The position numbers and the translations under genes were made by a program. A DNA stretch of 64,000 bases from Histomonas meleagridis 2922-C6/04-290x (Eukaryota > Protista > Parabasalia), in assembly GCA_020184695.1 (NCBI GenBank), contig JAANOX010000198.1:90815-154814 (forward strand), written 5' to 3'. A model generated the notes under the pieces. The model was not told the DNA's origin and made no database searches. It was given only the letters and a program-made list of their open reading frames with translations. Positions 23,816 through 36,183 of this stretch are shown piece after piece. Positions within the stretch are counted from its first letter, which is position 1; each line of letters opens with the position of its first letter.

Positions 23816-24356
23816 TTAATGATTTACAACTTTTTGTTTCTTTTTGTCCTTATGGTTATGGGCCCATCTCACAACGAGTAATTTCCCTTCGACAAATTTG
23901 CCATTAAGCTCATTCATTGCAGCGACTGCGCTTTTGTGGTCCGCCATCATGCACAACGCAGTTCCCTCCTCCATAAGAAATGGAGACTTGACAGTGCCAA
24001 ATTGCGAGAACATGTCGGCAAGATCGTCGTTTGTCTTGATGTTGACGGAAGATTTTCAATATACAAATTGTTTCTATAAAAATGTTTAAATTTTTGCTGA
24101 TTTTGTTTTGATCTTGGTTTTTTGAAATTATTATGAACACTATTCATTGCATTAGGTTGTGGATTTTGCTGGCGTTTTGCTTGATGGTTGAGTGGTCCAT
24201 TTGTTGGAATCCTTGTTGCTGATTTGAATAAACCATTTGTTGACTTGGAATTGATATTGCTGGGATCCTATTTGTGGATCCATCTTAGATCTAAGTGTAT
24301 CATTTGCTGAGATGGGTAGATATTATTATAGATCTTTGCCACCAGATTTTCGCCAT
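23816..24356 (-). CDS. RRM RNA-binding protein with a Q-rich N-terminus, frameshifted
   Basis: RNP2 NNLYIENLP, then after a 1-nt shift DDLADMFSQFGTVKS...AMNELNGKFVEGKLLVVRWA. 5' end is uncertain. Confidence 0.65.
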
Positions 24357-24444
24357 TGGAAACATTAATAACGGTTATGGACGTTAATTACAAAAGACGA
24401 TAATATCGCACTCAACTTTTATACTCTCGTAAAAAAAGTGACAG

Positions 24445-24828
24445 ATGAGAATCAAATACTTTGAAGCGCATCTACGAGAAATTGAACAAGGAGCAAATGC
24501 AATAAGGATGCTTACCGAACTTGAATCAAAAAAACTAAGTGATTTATTTTTAACTTTTGTCGTCGATATAGCAAATAGAAAAGAAGACCATATTTATCCT
24601 GTTTCATCAAACATTGAAACAGTCACACAGAACGAATCAACTAAAATTGCAATTGAAATTCCAAATTTTTCATTTGATCCATCTTTAACATATGATGAAT
24701 TAACAAATATTGGAGCTTTTGAATTATCAGGGAAAGATGATGATGGAATTCCTTTCTCTTTATCTATTCCTGTTTTCTGTTCAGATGAATTTCATATTGA
24801 AATTTTATCACCAATTGCAAATCATTGA
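24445..24828 (+). CDS. hypothetical protein
   Basis: 127-aa ATG ORF with normal composition; no motif recognised. Confidence 0.5.
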   Translation: MRIKYFEAHLREIEQGANAIRMLTELESKKLSDLFLTFVVDIANRKEDHIYPVSSNIETVTQNESTKIAIEIPNFSFDPSLTYDELTNIGAFELSGKDDDGIPFSLSIPVFCSDEFHIEILSPIANH

Positions 24829-25526
24829 GATTTCAATAAAAATATTTATATTGTTTTATACTTTATCACAGTAAATAATGGTTAACCTATTATTTTTTAA
24901 TCATCCTAAAAGCAAAAAATGATTAATTAAGTTATCATTATTTCTATAGAAACAATGAGTCGTATAATTCCAACACTTTTATGCGGTAGAAAATGATAAA
25001 TATCTAAAAAGTAACGAATTCAGAATTTGGTATATGTTATTTTAAAAGACAAAGAAAAACATGTTTTCCATGATATCTTCTTGAAATCTTTAGGCGCTGA
25101 AATTTTGTAGAATAAATTAGAATGTAATAATAGCAAGGTGATAGTGGTTATAAATAAAAAGGAAATAATTCATTATTTGACGAATTCTCTTACAGATTTA
25201 AATTGTTCAATTTTTTGAGGGGCAAATTTTCTAATTCAAAATAGAAAATAATATTCAATATTTATTAATCAAGTGTTCGAGAACGAAAAATATTATAAAA
25301 AGGATCGTTGATTGACTCTGTCCTCACTCAACATACTCCATTAACGACCAAAGCTTTCCTTGACTGTTCGATTTTTCATTTTCGTTTAGTTTTAAGAATC
25401 TCTACACATAAAAAAAATTATGAAATAAATAAATCATTTGATTGTTTTAATTTTTGTTATGACTTTTACTTATTTAATTTTTTATCTAAACCAATTCATT
25501 TGTGGTCTTTCATTATGATTTGAACT

Positions 25527-28500
25527 TTATTCGTCAAATATTATTCCTTCTTGTTGTTTAAGTAAATTAATTATTTCAGGATTTCTTGTCAACATAATTG
25601 CAATTTCATATTATAAAAATTAACACCAAATTAATCGAACGAATATCGTAACATTAAAACAAAAGTCAAAAGGGATAAACAATTATTATCGATATTCAAA
25701 CAGATATCTTTTTGCTTTATAAGTAATTTTACTATTTCGATATTATTATATTGACAAGCGAACATTAAAGGTGTCCAAAATAATAAAAATAAATTCCAAT
25801 AAATTTATAAAAACTGAAAATATTTCTAATAAATTTCATTTTGCGCATTAACATTTGCACCTTTTTCAAGAAGTATTTTAACAACTTCTGTTTGCGCTTG
25901 ACTTAAATCACCATAAAATGAGTCACGATTCAACGCCGCGTTCTTAGCAGCAATTTTGGCCATTTTAATTAATTGTTTCTCAAATAAAATAAACAAATAC
26001 TCAATAATGAAACCAAACCAAAAGCATTATAAATAAATTCCAAATATATTATATTAATATGATTCGTATTTAGATCAACTCCTTGACTTTTCATGATCTT
26101 ATGGATGAAATTAGGTCCCATTTCAGTAACTTTTTTACATATTAACATTAATGCTGTATAAAATACATTAAATAAATTCCAAATAACATTTTGAAATTTG
26201 AAATGATTTGAATTTATTTTGTTTGCTGCATTTACATCAATATCTTCTTTCGTTAAAAGTAATTTTACTATTTCAATGTTTTGATTTTCACATCCATATA
26301 TTAAAGCTGTATAAAATAATTTCAGTAAACTTGATATTTTCATATTAAATGTCAAATCATTATAGTAAATACGTAATAAATTTAAGAAATATTACATATA
26401 TTAACATCAATATTATCTTGTTCAAGTAATAATTTAACGATATTAACAAAATCTTTTTGTGATGCATAAATTAACGGAGTATTAAATTTTTATTATAAAT
26501 ACCAAAACATTTAAAAAAACTAAAAATTTAATAAAATTAACACAAAATTATATTAACAAATATTTTGGACATTACAATCTACATTTTGATGCTCGAGTAT
26601 TAATTTCATAACTACCATTTTGTGCAGCAACAATTAAAACTGTTTCAATTAATATATGAAAACTCCGAATATTATGATTAAATACTTTATAAATTAAATA
26701 AATATCAAAAATTTTGGGTTTACATTTCGAATATTAACATCAATATCTTTTTGTTCAAGAAGTATTTTAGCTACATCAAAACTATTCTTAGCCGAAGCTT
26801 CCATTAAAGCAGTCCAAAACAAATTAAATAAATCCCAAATTTCAAGTTTATACATAAAAAGATTCAAATTAATATCAATATATTATAACAAATACTTCTT
26901 GAATTAATATCGATTCCTTCTTTTGATAAAAGTAATTTTACTATTTCGATGTTATTATTTGTTGATGCTTTCATTAAAGCTGTCCAAAGATTCCCATAAA
27001 AACACCAAATTTATTATATTATACATTATATTATTCAAATTAACTTCAAATTGTGTATCAAAACGTTTTTCATATTAACATCAATTTTTTCATTATTCAA
27101 AAGTAATTTAACAATTTCATTGTTATTATTCTCAATAGAATACATTAAAGAAGTCCAACATAACAAAAACAATTTTCAAATTATATTATAAAAATTTAAA
27201 TATGCATATAATATATTATCATAAGAATTAACATTTATGTTTTCTTGGTCAAGAAGAAGTTTTAATATGTTAATGTTTTTATTTTTTGTTGCAATTATTA
27301 AAGCTGTTTCAAATATATTTAATCAATTCCAAATAATAAATTTAAACTAAAAATTATCAAGTTAATCATTAAGTTAATATTAAAGTAATATTTTGTGCAT
27401 TAATATCAATGCTTTTATGCTCAAGAAATAGTTTAACAACATCAAAACTATTATTTTTTACTGCTATTAAAAGAGGAGTTGCAAATAAAATGAACAAATT
27501 CCAAAAATTTTACTTAAACGTCAAATAAAATTTATAATTTTTTCTTATATTCATATCAATGTTCTTATTTTCTAAAAGCATTTTAATAATTTCATTTTGA
27601 TTATTCATACAAGCAAACAATAAAGCCGAATAAAATTATTTTAATAAACTCCATATAATTAATAAAAACATTAAATCATTCGAAGTTACAACTTTAGCAT
27701 TAATATCAATTTCTTCTTTTTCAAGGAATAATTTAACAATTTCTTTATGACCTTCAATAATTGCTATCATTAAAGCAGTATAAAAACATTGAAATAAACA
27801 CCAAATTATAATATCAAATTTTATGTTAATATTAAAAATATTTTTAGCATTAATATCAATATCTTTTTGTTGAAGAAGTAATTTTACTACTTCAATGTTA
27901 TTCTTCATAACAGCAAACATTAATGGTGTGAAAAATATTTTGAATAAATACCAAAAAACTTGTTAAAACAGAAAATTATTAAAATTAATATAAAATAAAT
28001 CAAATAAAGATCTCTCTTATTAACATCATCTCCTTTTTCAAGAAGTAATTTAACAATTTCGACATAACCATTTTGATTTGAATTTGGAACTAATAATTTA
28101 ATAAATTTAAATGAATTTTTTTATCAGATGTTTTATAAATTTTATCTTCAATGAAACCAGTATTAATTGGTGTACCTTTAGCACATGCATAAATAAGTGC
28201 TGTAAAAAGAAAACTTAATAAATTCCAAAAATTATATTTGGTCACAAAAACATTAAAAGAAACTAAAAATATTATAATACAACATCAACTGTTTTAATAT
28301 CAATTTCTTTCTCAAGAAATGATTTTATTATATTAATATTACCACGAGTGCATGCAATAAGGAACGCTGTTAGGAATAATTAAAATATGTTCCAAATATT
28401 AATTTGATATATCAAATATATAAAATTTACACAAATAAAAATAAATAAACGTTTTTTATATGTACATTAATTCCTTCTTGTTCAAGAAGTAATTTAACTA

Positions 28501-30807
28501 TTTCTGTACAACCATTAAAAGATGCATTCATAAGTGCTGTTTCAAATAATTTAAATAATTTCCAAATATTATTTTGAAATACTAAATTATTAATATAAAT
28601 TTTAAACAAAACAAATAAATATCTTTAGCATTGGTATCAATTCCTTCTTGTTCAAGAAGTAATTTAACTATTTCTGTATGACCATTTGAAGATGCTAATG
28701 TAAGTGCTGTATCAAATAATTTAAATAATTTCCAAACATTATTTTGAAATAGAAAATTATTAAAATAAATATTAAATAAAACAAATAAATATCTTTAGCA
28801 TTAATATCAATTCCTTCTTGTTCAAGAAGTAATGAAACTATTTCTGTATGACCTTTCCAAGATGCCCAAATAAGTGCCGAAAAAATAATTTAAATAATTT
28901 CCAAATATTATTTTGAAATAGAAAATTATTAAAATAAATATAAAATAAAACAAATAAATATCTTTAGCATTAATATCAATTCCTTTTTGTTCAAGAAGTA
29001 ATTTAACGATTTCTATATGACCGTAATTAGATGCAAAAATAAGTGCTGTTTGAAATAATTAAAATAATTTTCGAATATTATTTTGAAATATTAAATTATT
29101 AAAATAAATATCAAATAAAACAAATAAATATCTTTAGCATTAATATCAATTCCTTCTTGTTCAAGAAGTAATTTAACGATTTCTATATGACCGTAATTAG
29201 ATGCAAAAATAAGTGCTGTATAAAATAATTTAAATAATTTCCAAATATTATTTTGAAATATCAAATTATTAAAATAAATTTTAAATAAAATAAATAAATA
29301 TCTTTAGCATTAATATCAATTCCTTCTTGTTCAAGAAGTAATTTAACTATTTCTGTATGACCTTTTTGAGATGCTCTCATAAGTGCTGTCCAAAATAATT
29401 TAAATAATTTCCAAATATTATTTTGAAATATCAAATTATTAAAATAAATATTAAATAAAACAAACAAATATCTTTAACATTAATATCAATTCCTTTTTGT
29501 TCTAAAGCAAATTGAACACTTTCTATATTACCCGATTGTGAAAAATTGACTAAAAGATTTTTTGGAAATTGATGATTTCGTAGTAAATATTTAACTAATA
29601 ATAAGTTTCCTTCTTTTGATGAATTTTTTATAATAGAATCATCCATATGTATTCCTTCTTCTTCATTGAAAAATGAAAAAATTTCATAGTTTCCACTACT
29701 TATACAAGTTTCGCATAATATTTTCAGCTTTTCTGCTCTTATCTCATCAGGAGACTTCATATTCTTTTGTATATTCATTGGTTGATTCATAAAATTACCA
29801 AATAACCCAAAAACAGGCAACTTATTTCCAAACATTGAAAATTGATTTGTTGGAACTTGTTTCGGTTCTTCTTGATCAAGTTTTTCGATTTTATTATTAT
29901 AAATATATTTAAAGATATCATTTTTGTGGAATTTTATTGCTGTTTCACATGCGCCATCAAATGAACAATTGTTTTGTTCGCACATTTTAATTATTTCAAT
30001 GTTTCCACTTGCAACGGCATATTTCCCGACGTTTGTAGTTTTAGCTCCATTCAAAAGCAAATATTTGAAGCATTTTATTGATCCAAAAAATGCTGCATAA
30101 TCAATTAATGAAACATTTATTTGATTAATGAATGAACATCTTTCATAAAGTGATGGATCAATTGTTTGGTTAAAATCAAAATTTGGATGTGATGATATTT
30201 CTTGAAGTTTTTCTATTTCGTCATTTCGAATTATCTTTGTAATTTCATTCGGATTATGTCCTTCTTCAATTAATTTCTTATGAAGTTCCCAATCATTTGC
30301 TTTAAGTTTTTCAATATTTGCATCGAATATTTTTTCGATCTTCGTAAGCGTAGGATCTCTGTTGAATACAGTTGATTTTATTTTGTTACGATGTATAAAA
30401 TAAGATGAGCATATGGATTTAGATTTATTTTCGTCAATTATCCCTTTGCTAATCATTTTCTCAACTAAATAAAGTTGTTCTTGTGTATAAGGAGACTTGT
30501 AAATTAAATAGTTAGAAAATATTTTTAAGATTTTAGCTTTATCATTATCTTTGTTTATTTGCTCTTCTTTTGATTGGAGTGATTCTAAATATTTGAAATA
30601 TATGTCACTAACACATTTGGTTGAAACAAATGAAGAATAAACTAATATAGATATGGCAACATTATATGAATAGATAAAATCGGGTTCAATAAGTTTCATT
30701 GTTTCTTCAACTGAAGCATTAAGATTTTCTTCATTTAATTTAAATATGATTTGAGTGATTGCAATTAGCTTTTGCATCTCAGTGGATTGATTGTTAGCTC
30801 CTTCCAT
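25527..30807 (-). CDS. DUF3447 + ~20 ankyrin modules; continuous ORF only 29431-30807, downstream modules separated by stop-containing spacers
   Basis: The 460-aa ORF has the DUF3447 motif (SLIDYAAFFGSIKCFKYLL) and stops inside the first spacer. A ~170-nt periodic array TAL..GHTEIVKLLLEQEGIDINAKD + spacer continues to ~25.6 kb. Terminal TAA is at ~25527. Confidence 0.8.
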
Positions 30808-31396
30808 GAACAAAAAGTAAAACTAACCGACCAAGGCACCACTTTTCTATAGAAATATTCTGTTGCTTTTGTATGGAGAACTCCTTTGTGTTGTGCTATC
30901 GTTTCTAAAACAGTTCATTTGTTGATTCACACCTTGCATTGAAATATTTCAAAAATATTGTTTAAACAAACGAATTCATACAAAAAAGCATAAAAACCGT
31001 TATTTTCAGAGCATCGTTTACTATCATTGGAATTCCAATGATTCATTCAATTCTATTGCAATTTGCAACATGATAAAAATCAAAATAGTGAAACACCATA
31101 GATCAAGATTGCATGTGAGTCAATATAACAACGGATTTCAAACTTCAAAATTCAATTTCTTCAGTATAAAATAGTTTAAGAATTGATAGGAAATATAATA
31201 AATTTTTTTAATCATGTTACTGCAATATAATCGCAAGCTAAAAGATAGATAATTTTAATTTGTAATTTTGTTTATTGAACTTCATCACCAAAGAACTAAG
31301 AAGTAAATACTATGCTTCTACATTAATATATTGATGAAAAAAGAAAAATTTAAAAAAAATTACTTTGTTTTATATGTTTCACTTTTTATTGGTTGT

Positions 31397-32160
31397 GTAT
31401 TCTTCTTTGAAGTCATTTGCAAATGGATCTTCTTCAATGTTTTCGAGTGATGTTGTTCCGATGTATTTATTTATTTCTGTTTCATTTTGTTCGCTATTTT
31501 CTGAACTTTGTTCAACATTTTGTTTCTTTTTTCGCACTAAGATGATAACAAGAACAACAAAACAACTACAATTATTGCAATCACAACTCCAACACTAATG
31601 TAAATATTTGTTTTATTATTATTTATATCATTATCATCAGTAAAAAGTGTAAAAAAATTCGAATAAAATTGGAAATATGTTGAATAAATTATTACATTAT
31701 ATTCATAATAAATAATATTTGTATAAATGCACGTAAATGTCGAGGCAATCGAAGAAAGAAGAAGTGTATTTATATTTGTAATTGTGAAAAAAGAAAATGT
31801 TTGTGTATATGAAAAAGTTAAAACAATTGAAGAAGTACAACTCAAAAAAGTTTCTGCATATTCATGTATATTACTTTGTGTGAAGAAAGTATTTGATTTC
31901 GTATATGTATTACTTTGCATAAATGTGTGTGATTTAGTAAATAAATTTGGGTTGGTAAATGTGATACTTTGTGTGAATGTAAGCGTTGAGATTGGATTAC
32001 ATCCTTTTGATATGGCATCTTTAACTACTTGTAATGTATCAAATGTTTCATTGCCTGTGTAAGTTGGTATCACCATAACTGTATTTATTGAAAAATACAT
32101 TGTTGCCAAGAGTTGGCTCTGTTTTGCCATAAAAATAAATACATTTCATACTAGCGCATG
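31397..32160 (-). pseudogene. BspA-type stalk/TM/cytoplasmic tail lacking most LRRs, frameshifted
   Basis: NETFDTLQV..GC, TFTQSITFTNPNLFTKSHTFMQSNT repeats, YYEYNVIIYSTYFQFYSNFFT and TM IYISVGVVIAIIVVV give the same architecture as 6582-7262. Confidence 0.65.
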
Positions 32161-32552
32161 ATGAAAATGTATTTGAGGAATACATTGTTATCATAATTAC
32201 ATATATCATCAAAAGAAGTCGAATTTTTATAACCTATTATACAAACAAACGGATAATCCTAAGAATAAATGAAAATATTATATTATATACATAAATGTCA
32301 TTTTAATCTTAAACATCATTTGTTATTATTATGTAAAGACGTTTGTTAAATGCATTACAATAATGGCAAAATGTTATCTTTATACATTTATAAACTGCGA
32401 CAACATATATGTGAATTCAAGTTTAATAATGTGATACAACCAAATGAAATAAATTATGTAATTCATTTATTTACACAATTCTTCATCAAGAACATCGCTG
32501 TTTCTAAAAATGAAAATTTATTATTTTATTAAACACAAAAGAGTAAAACGTT

Positions 32553-34790
32553 TTAATTTTGGCTTTCCATCAGATGAAGGTTAATTCTCGACATTGCACT
32601 TCTCAGCTGCAGACCTTTCGAAGGGTTTCCCAATTCTATCGCGATCAAATTTATAATTTCGTCCGCGTTTCCATTTCCGTTCAACAAGAAATCGAAAGTT
32701 TTGTTCCATATTTCATTGTTCCATCTTTTTGGACAATTTTCGACGTTATTATTTAATTGGATTTTTGTACAAAAGTAATGAAATAACAATGCAACATTAA
32801 CTCTGTCATTATTCCCATTGTTATTATTAATGTTTTCGCAATTACAGAGTATAATTCCTTGTTCGATCCACGAAGGATTATTAATATCAAATTCTTTCGT
32901 GAGTTCCAAACTTGTGATTCTATTTAATAATGTGTTCATATTAATATTTCCATGTGATAAAAATTTCTCTTCAAGATTTTTGATGATGAAAAGCATTTGC
33001 AATAGATAAAAATGCGCAATGAGTTCGTCAGTTCCACGCGGTCTATTATGACAATATTCGATTACGCGTTGAAATGTGCCATATTTACAATATTTGGTGA
33101 TGTATAAATTATTTGATATCAGTTTACCAACCAAAAAATATTGCGGATTTGTGGGCATAAATGGAATTACTTCATGTGAAACTTGCTTAAGATGGAATGT
33201 GCTCGAATTATTTGCGCATAAATATGACGAATTGCTAATTTTGGAAATAATATTATACGTTTCGCCGTCAATTATTATGCTATTTCCGACTTCGATTCTG
33301 TTATTTGGTGTTGAATTCTTTTTAGGTAATGATAAAAATGAATCATCTTCATTTGAAATATCCCTTTTCTTTCTTAAGGTTGATGACGCCGAAGGCGGTG
33401 CATCACCAAAATCATATTCAGCGTTTTGAAATGAGGATTTAACTGGTTGAGGATTATCATAATTATCAAATTGGGGTTTCTTTTGTAATTTGCTTTTGAG
33501 TATGGACATAGGCGGCGGCGCATTGAGGAAATCATATTCGTCACTTTGGAATGAGTTTTTAATCGGCTGCGGTTGATCAAAGTCATCGTCAAATGGAATT
33601 TTGGTTTTTTGACTTTTCTTAATTTGCGACGAGTTATTAAACGAAGTTTTGTTTTTAAGTATTGGCGAAGCTGAAGCAGCGTCAGCAAAGTCATATTCGT
33701 TGTTTTGAAATGCGGATTTAATTGGTAGCGGATTATCAAAGTCATCATCAAATGGAATTTTTTTGGATCTTTTGGGCATCGGCTGCGGTGAGTTATCGAA
33801 TTTTGTTTTGTTTTTAAGTATTGGTGAAGCCGGAGCAGCATTTAAGAAATCATATTCATCATTTTGAAGTGCAGATTTAATCGGCTGTGGATTATCGATG
33901 TCATTATTAAATGGAATTTTGCTGTTTTTCTTGGGTATTGGTTGCAGTTGAGGATCATCAAAATCATCATCAAATGGAATTTTGGTTCTTTCCTTATGCA
34001 CTGGCTTTGGCTGTGGTGAGTTATCGAATTTTGTTTTGTTTTTAAGTATTGGTGAAGCTGGAGCGGCATTTAAGAAATCATACTCATCATTTTGAACATT
34101 ATTTTTGCTTTGAAAGGCAGATTTGACTGGCTTAGAGTCATCAAAACCAAATTTTCTCTGTGAGACATCTCCATTAAAGGGTTGGTTTGGTACGAATAGT
34201 GGAGAATCAATTTCATCATTGCCTTGTGGTGTAAAATCAACTAGTTCAAGAAAATCATATTTTGGAGGAACTGGTTGCCTTGATAAAATTGATTTACAGG
34301 ATACGCCCGTTGTATTGAATACATAACTTACATTGTCTAAAACACCAAGATCAAGAATGGGCTGGCTTGAAAGACGTATTTGCATCCTTTCAATAAATCC
34401 ACTGTATACTTTTTGAAGAAATTCATTCGGCTCTACATTTTGTTGTTTTGCTGTTTCAAATATATCAAGTGAAGAAATAAAGTTCTGTTGGTGCTCAAAT
34501 AGAATTGCAACTGTTGAATACCATAAAGCATTTTTATGACCTACACCAATTGAATGACATGATTTTAAAATTTCCAATCCAATCGAATTTTCAAAGCCAG
34601 CAACGAATTTAACAAGTGATATTATTAACCGATTATCATTTCCAAGTTCTGGATTATTTAATAATACATCTTTTAATTGATTTTGTAAAGAAATCCATTC
34701 ACGCGGAATTCTATTCGATGCTGGTTTGGTGGAATTTATTTGAGAAATTATTTTGGTAAGGACAGGATTTGAAAATAGCTTTAGATCCAT
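32553..34790 (-). CDS. BUB1: Bub1/BubR1(Mad3)-like spindle checkpoint protein with a degenerate C-terminal kinase-like domain
   Basis: N-terminal NDNRLI..GVGHKNALWYSTVAILFE..SLDIFETAKQQNVEPNEFLQ matches the Mad3/Bub1 TPR region. The repetitive middle is followed by a kinase-like C-terminus (YCKYGTF, HGNI) lacking clear catalytic motifs. Confidence 0.65.
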   Translation of the reverse strand: MDLKLFSNPVLTKIISQINSTKPASNRIPREWISLQNQLKDVLLNNPELGNDNRLIISLVKFVAGFENSIGLEILKSCHSIGVGHKNALWYSTVAILFEHQQNFISSLDIFETAKQQNVEPNEFLQKVYSGFIERMQIRLSSQPILDLGVLDNVSYVFNTTGVSCKSILSRQPVPPKYDFLELVDFTPQGNDEIDSPLFVPNQPFNGDVSQRKFGFDDSKPVKSAFQSKNNVQNDEYDFLNAAPASPILKNKTKFDNSPQPKPVHKERTKIPFDDDFDDPQLQPIPKKNSKIPFNNDIDNPQPIKSALQNDEYDFLNAAPASPILKNKTKFDNSPQPMPKRSKKIPFDDDFDNPLPIKSAFQNNEYDFADAASASPILKNKTSFNNSSQIKKSQKTKIPFDDDFDQPQPIKNSFQSDEYDFLNAPPPMSILKSKLQKKPQFDNYDNPQPVKSSFQNAEYDFGDAPPSASSTLRKKRDISNEDDSFLSLPKKNSTPNNRIEVGNSIIIDGETYNIISKISNSSYLCANNSSTFHLKQVSHEVIPFMPTNPQYFLVGKLISNNLYITKYCKYGTFQRVIEYCHNRPRGTDELIAHFYLLQMLFIIKNLEEKFLSHGNINMNTLLNRITSLELTKEFDINNPSWIEQGIILCNCENINNNNGNNDRVNVALLFHYFCTKIQLNNNVENCPKRWNNEIWNKTFDFLLNGNGNADEIINLIAIELGNPSKGLQLRSAMSRINLHLMESQN

Positions 34791-35040
34791 TTGAGTAACA
34801 ACTATACGTTTATTATTAGGGGATGACCGTTTATTTCATTTCACAATGCATAAACAAAATATTCAATAAGCTATCTCAAAACAATGTAAACCTATGAATT
34901 ATAAAATTCAAGTTCTTCATCATTTGTACAACATTCAGTTTGCTTAATGGTGTGGTCGTACTGGTAGAAATGGTGTCGCGTTAATTTTTTGATGTAAAAT
35001 TTTTAACAAAAAATAAACAAAACAATATTTAAAAACAATT

Positions 35041-36183
35041 CTATTCTTCTGATGCAGATATCAGCCACGAAGTCCACAAATCTCTAAACCTAAAGAACAT
35101 TTTTGCTCCTTTTCTCAAGAATCCAGAGATTCCTTTGTTTTCATCTTTCATCTGATTCATTTCTTCATCAGTCCAACCGAACTCTTCCTTCATTACATTT
35201 ATCACTTCTTTGTCTCCACTGAAGTATTTCACTAATAACTCCGAAAGTTTCGATCTTTCGTCTTCTTCTTCTTTATTTACATTTTCTTCTTTTTGTTTTG
35301 TCGGTTCATCGTTTTTCTTATTATACATTTCATTATATTTATTAACAAGTGCTTCTAGCTCATTTTCGAGGTCATCAACATTCGGCAATTCTTTGTTTAA
35401 TGCTGAGATTCGTTCGAATTCGGAACGGTTACACGATAAACGTTCTTCGAGAATAGAAATTTCGGAATCGCTAGAAAAGGTGTCGTTTGCGGTGGATTCG
35501 AAGCGATTGAGTTCATTGAGAAGTTGGGTATAAAGTATACGTTCTTCTGTTAGTTCATGTTGAAGATTTTCATTACTTTGTGATGATATTTCAAGCTGGG
35601 ATTCAAGTTGTTGAATTGAAGATTGAAGTTCTTCATTAAGGTGAACTTTGGAGTTGAATTCTTCTTGAAGAATTTCATGAGATCGATTTGCAGATTCTTT
35701 ATCAACATGTGATAATTGGTCGCTGGTGAGAAGTTCAGTTAAGGTGGCTATGTGAGATTGAAGGTTTCCATTGCTTTGTTGAAGTTGTTGTACTTTTTGC
35801 TCAATTTGAGATATTTCTTGATCAAGGGTTGAAAGAGAACGAAAAGAATCATAGAGCGAATTTAGCTTGAGCTGCTCTTGGGAGAGATTTTGTATGTTTT
35901 GGTTGATCTCGTTTATTGAAAGATGAAGTTGTGTAGGATCAGATAAAAAATTGGTTCCTGGGAAGAAGTTAGATAATTTTTTCATAGCCTCATAATATTG
36001 AAACAGCTGCTTATTGACAGTTTTAGGTGTTGATATTGAGTCAGTTTCTTCTTCTTCAATTGATGAAGAACCTAATAAATCTGCTTCAGAGATTTCTTCT
36101 TCCTCCTCTTCTTCCTCTTCTTCTTCATCATCATATTCAATTGTAATTGCATCTTGGATTTTTTGGAGAAGTCCTCGAAGCAT
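35041..36183 (-). CDS. coiled-coil golgin with a C-terminal GRAB domain (GMAP-210/Rud3-like)
   Basis: Long heptad coiled coil. KLSELLVKYFS..KEVINVMKEEFGWTDEE is GRAB-like and FRDLWTSWLISAS is GA1-like. Confidence 0.65.
   Translation of the reverse strand: MLRGLLQKIQDAITIEYDDEEEEEEEEEEEISEADLLGSSSIEEEETDSISTPKTVNKQLFQYYEAMKKLSNFFPGTNFLSDPTQLHLSINEINQNIQNLSQEQLKLNSLYDSFRSLSTLDQEISQIEQKVQQLQQSNGNLQSHIATLTELLTSDQLSHVDKESANRSHEILQEEFNSKVHLNEELQSSIQQLESQLEISSQSNENLQHELTEERILYTQLLNELNRFESTANDTFSSDSEISILEERLSCNRSEFERISALNKELPNVDDLENELEALVNKYNEMYNKKNDEPTKQKEENVNKEEEDERSKLSELLVKYFSGDKEVINVMKEEFGWTDEEMNQMKDENKGISGFLRKGAKMFFRFRDLWTSWLISASEE

Noticed and set aside
25300-25400. Possible ncRNA in a slightly GC-richer patch
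   Set aside because: No recognisable tRNA, snRNA or snoRNA motif or convincing stem.
28370-29480. Ankyrin spacers as ordinary spliceosomal introns
   Set aside because: No conserved GT(A/T)xGT donor, no ACTAAC branch point and no terminal AG in the copies examined.
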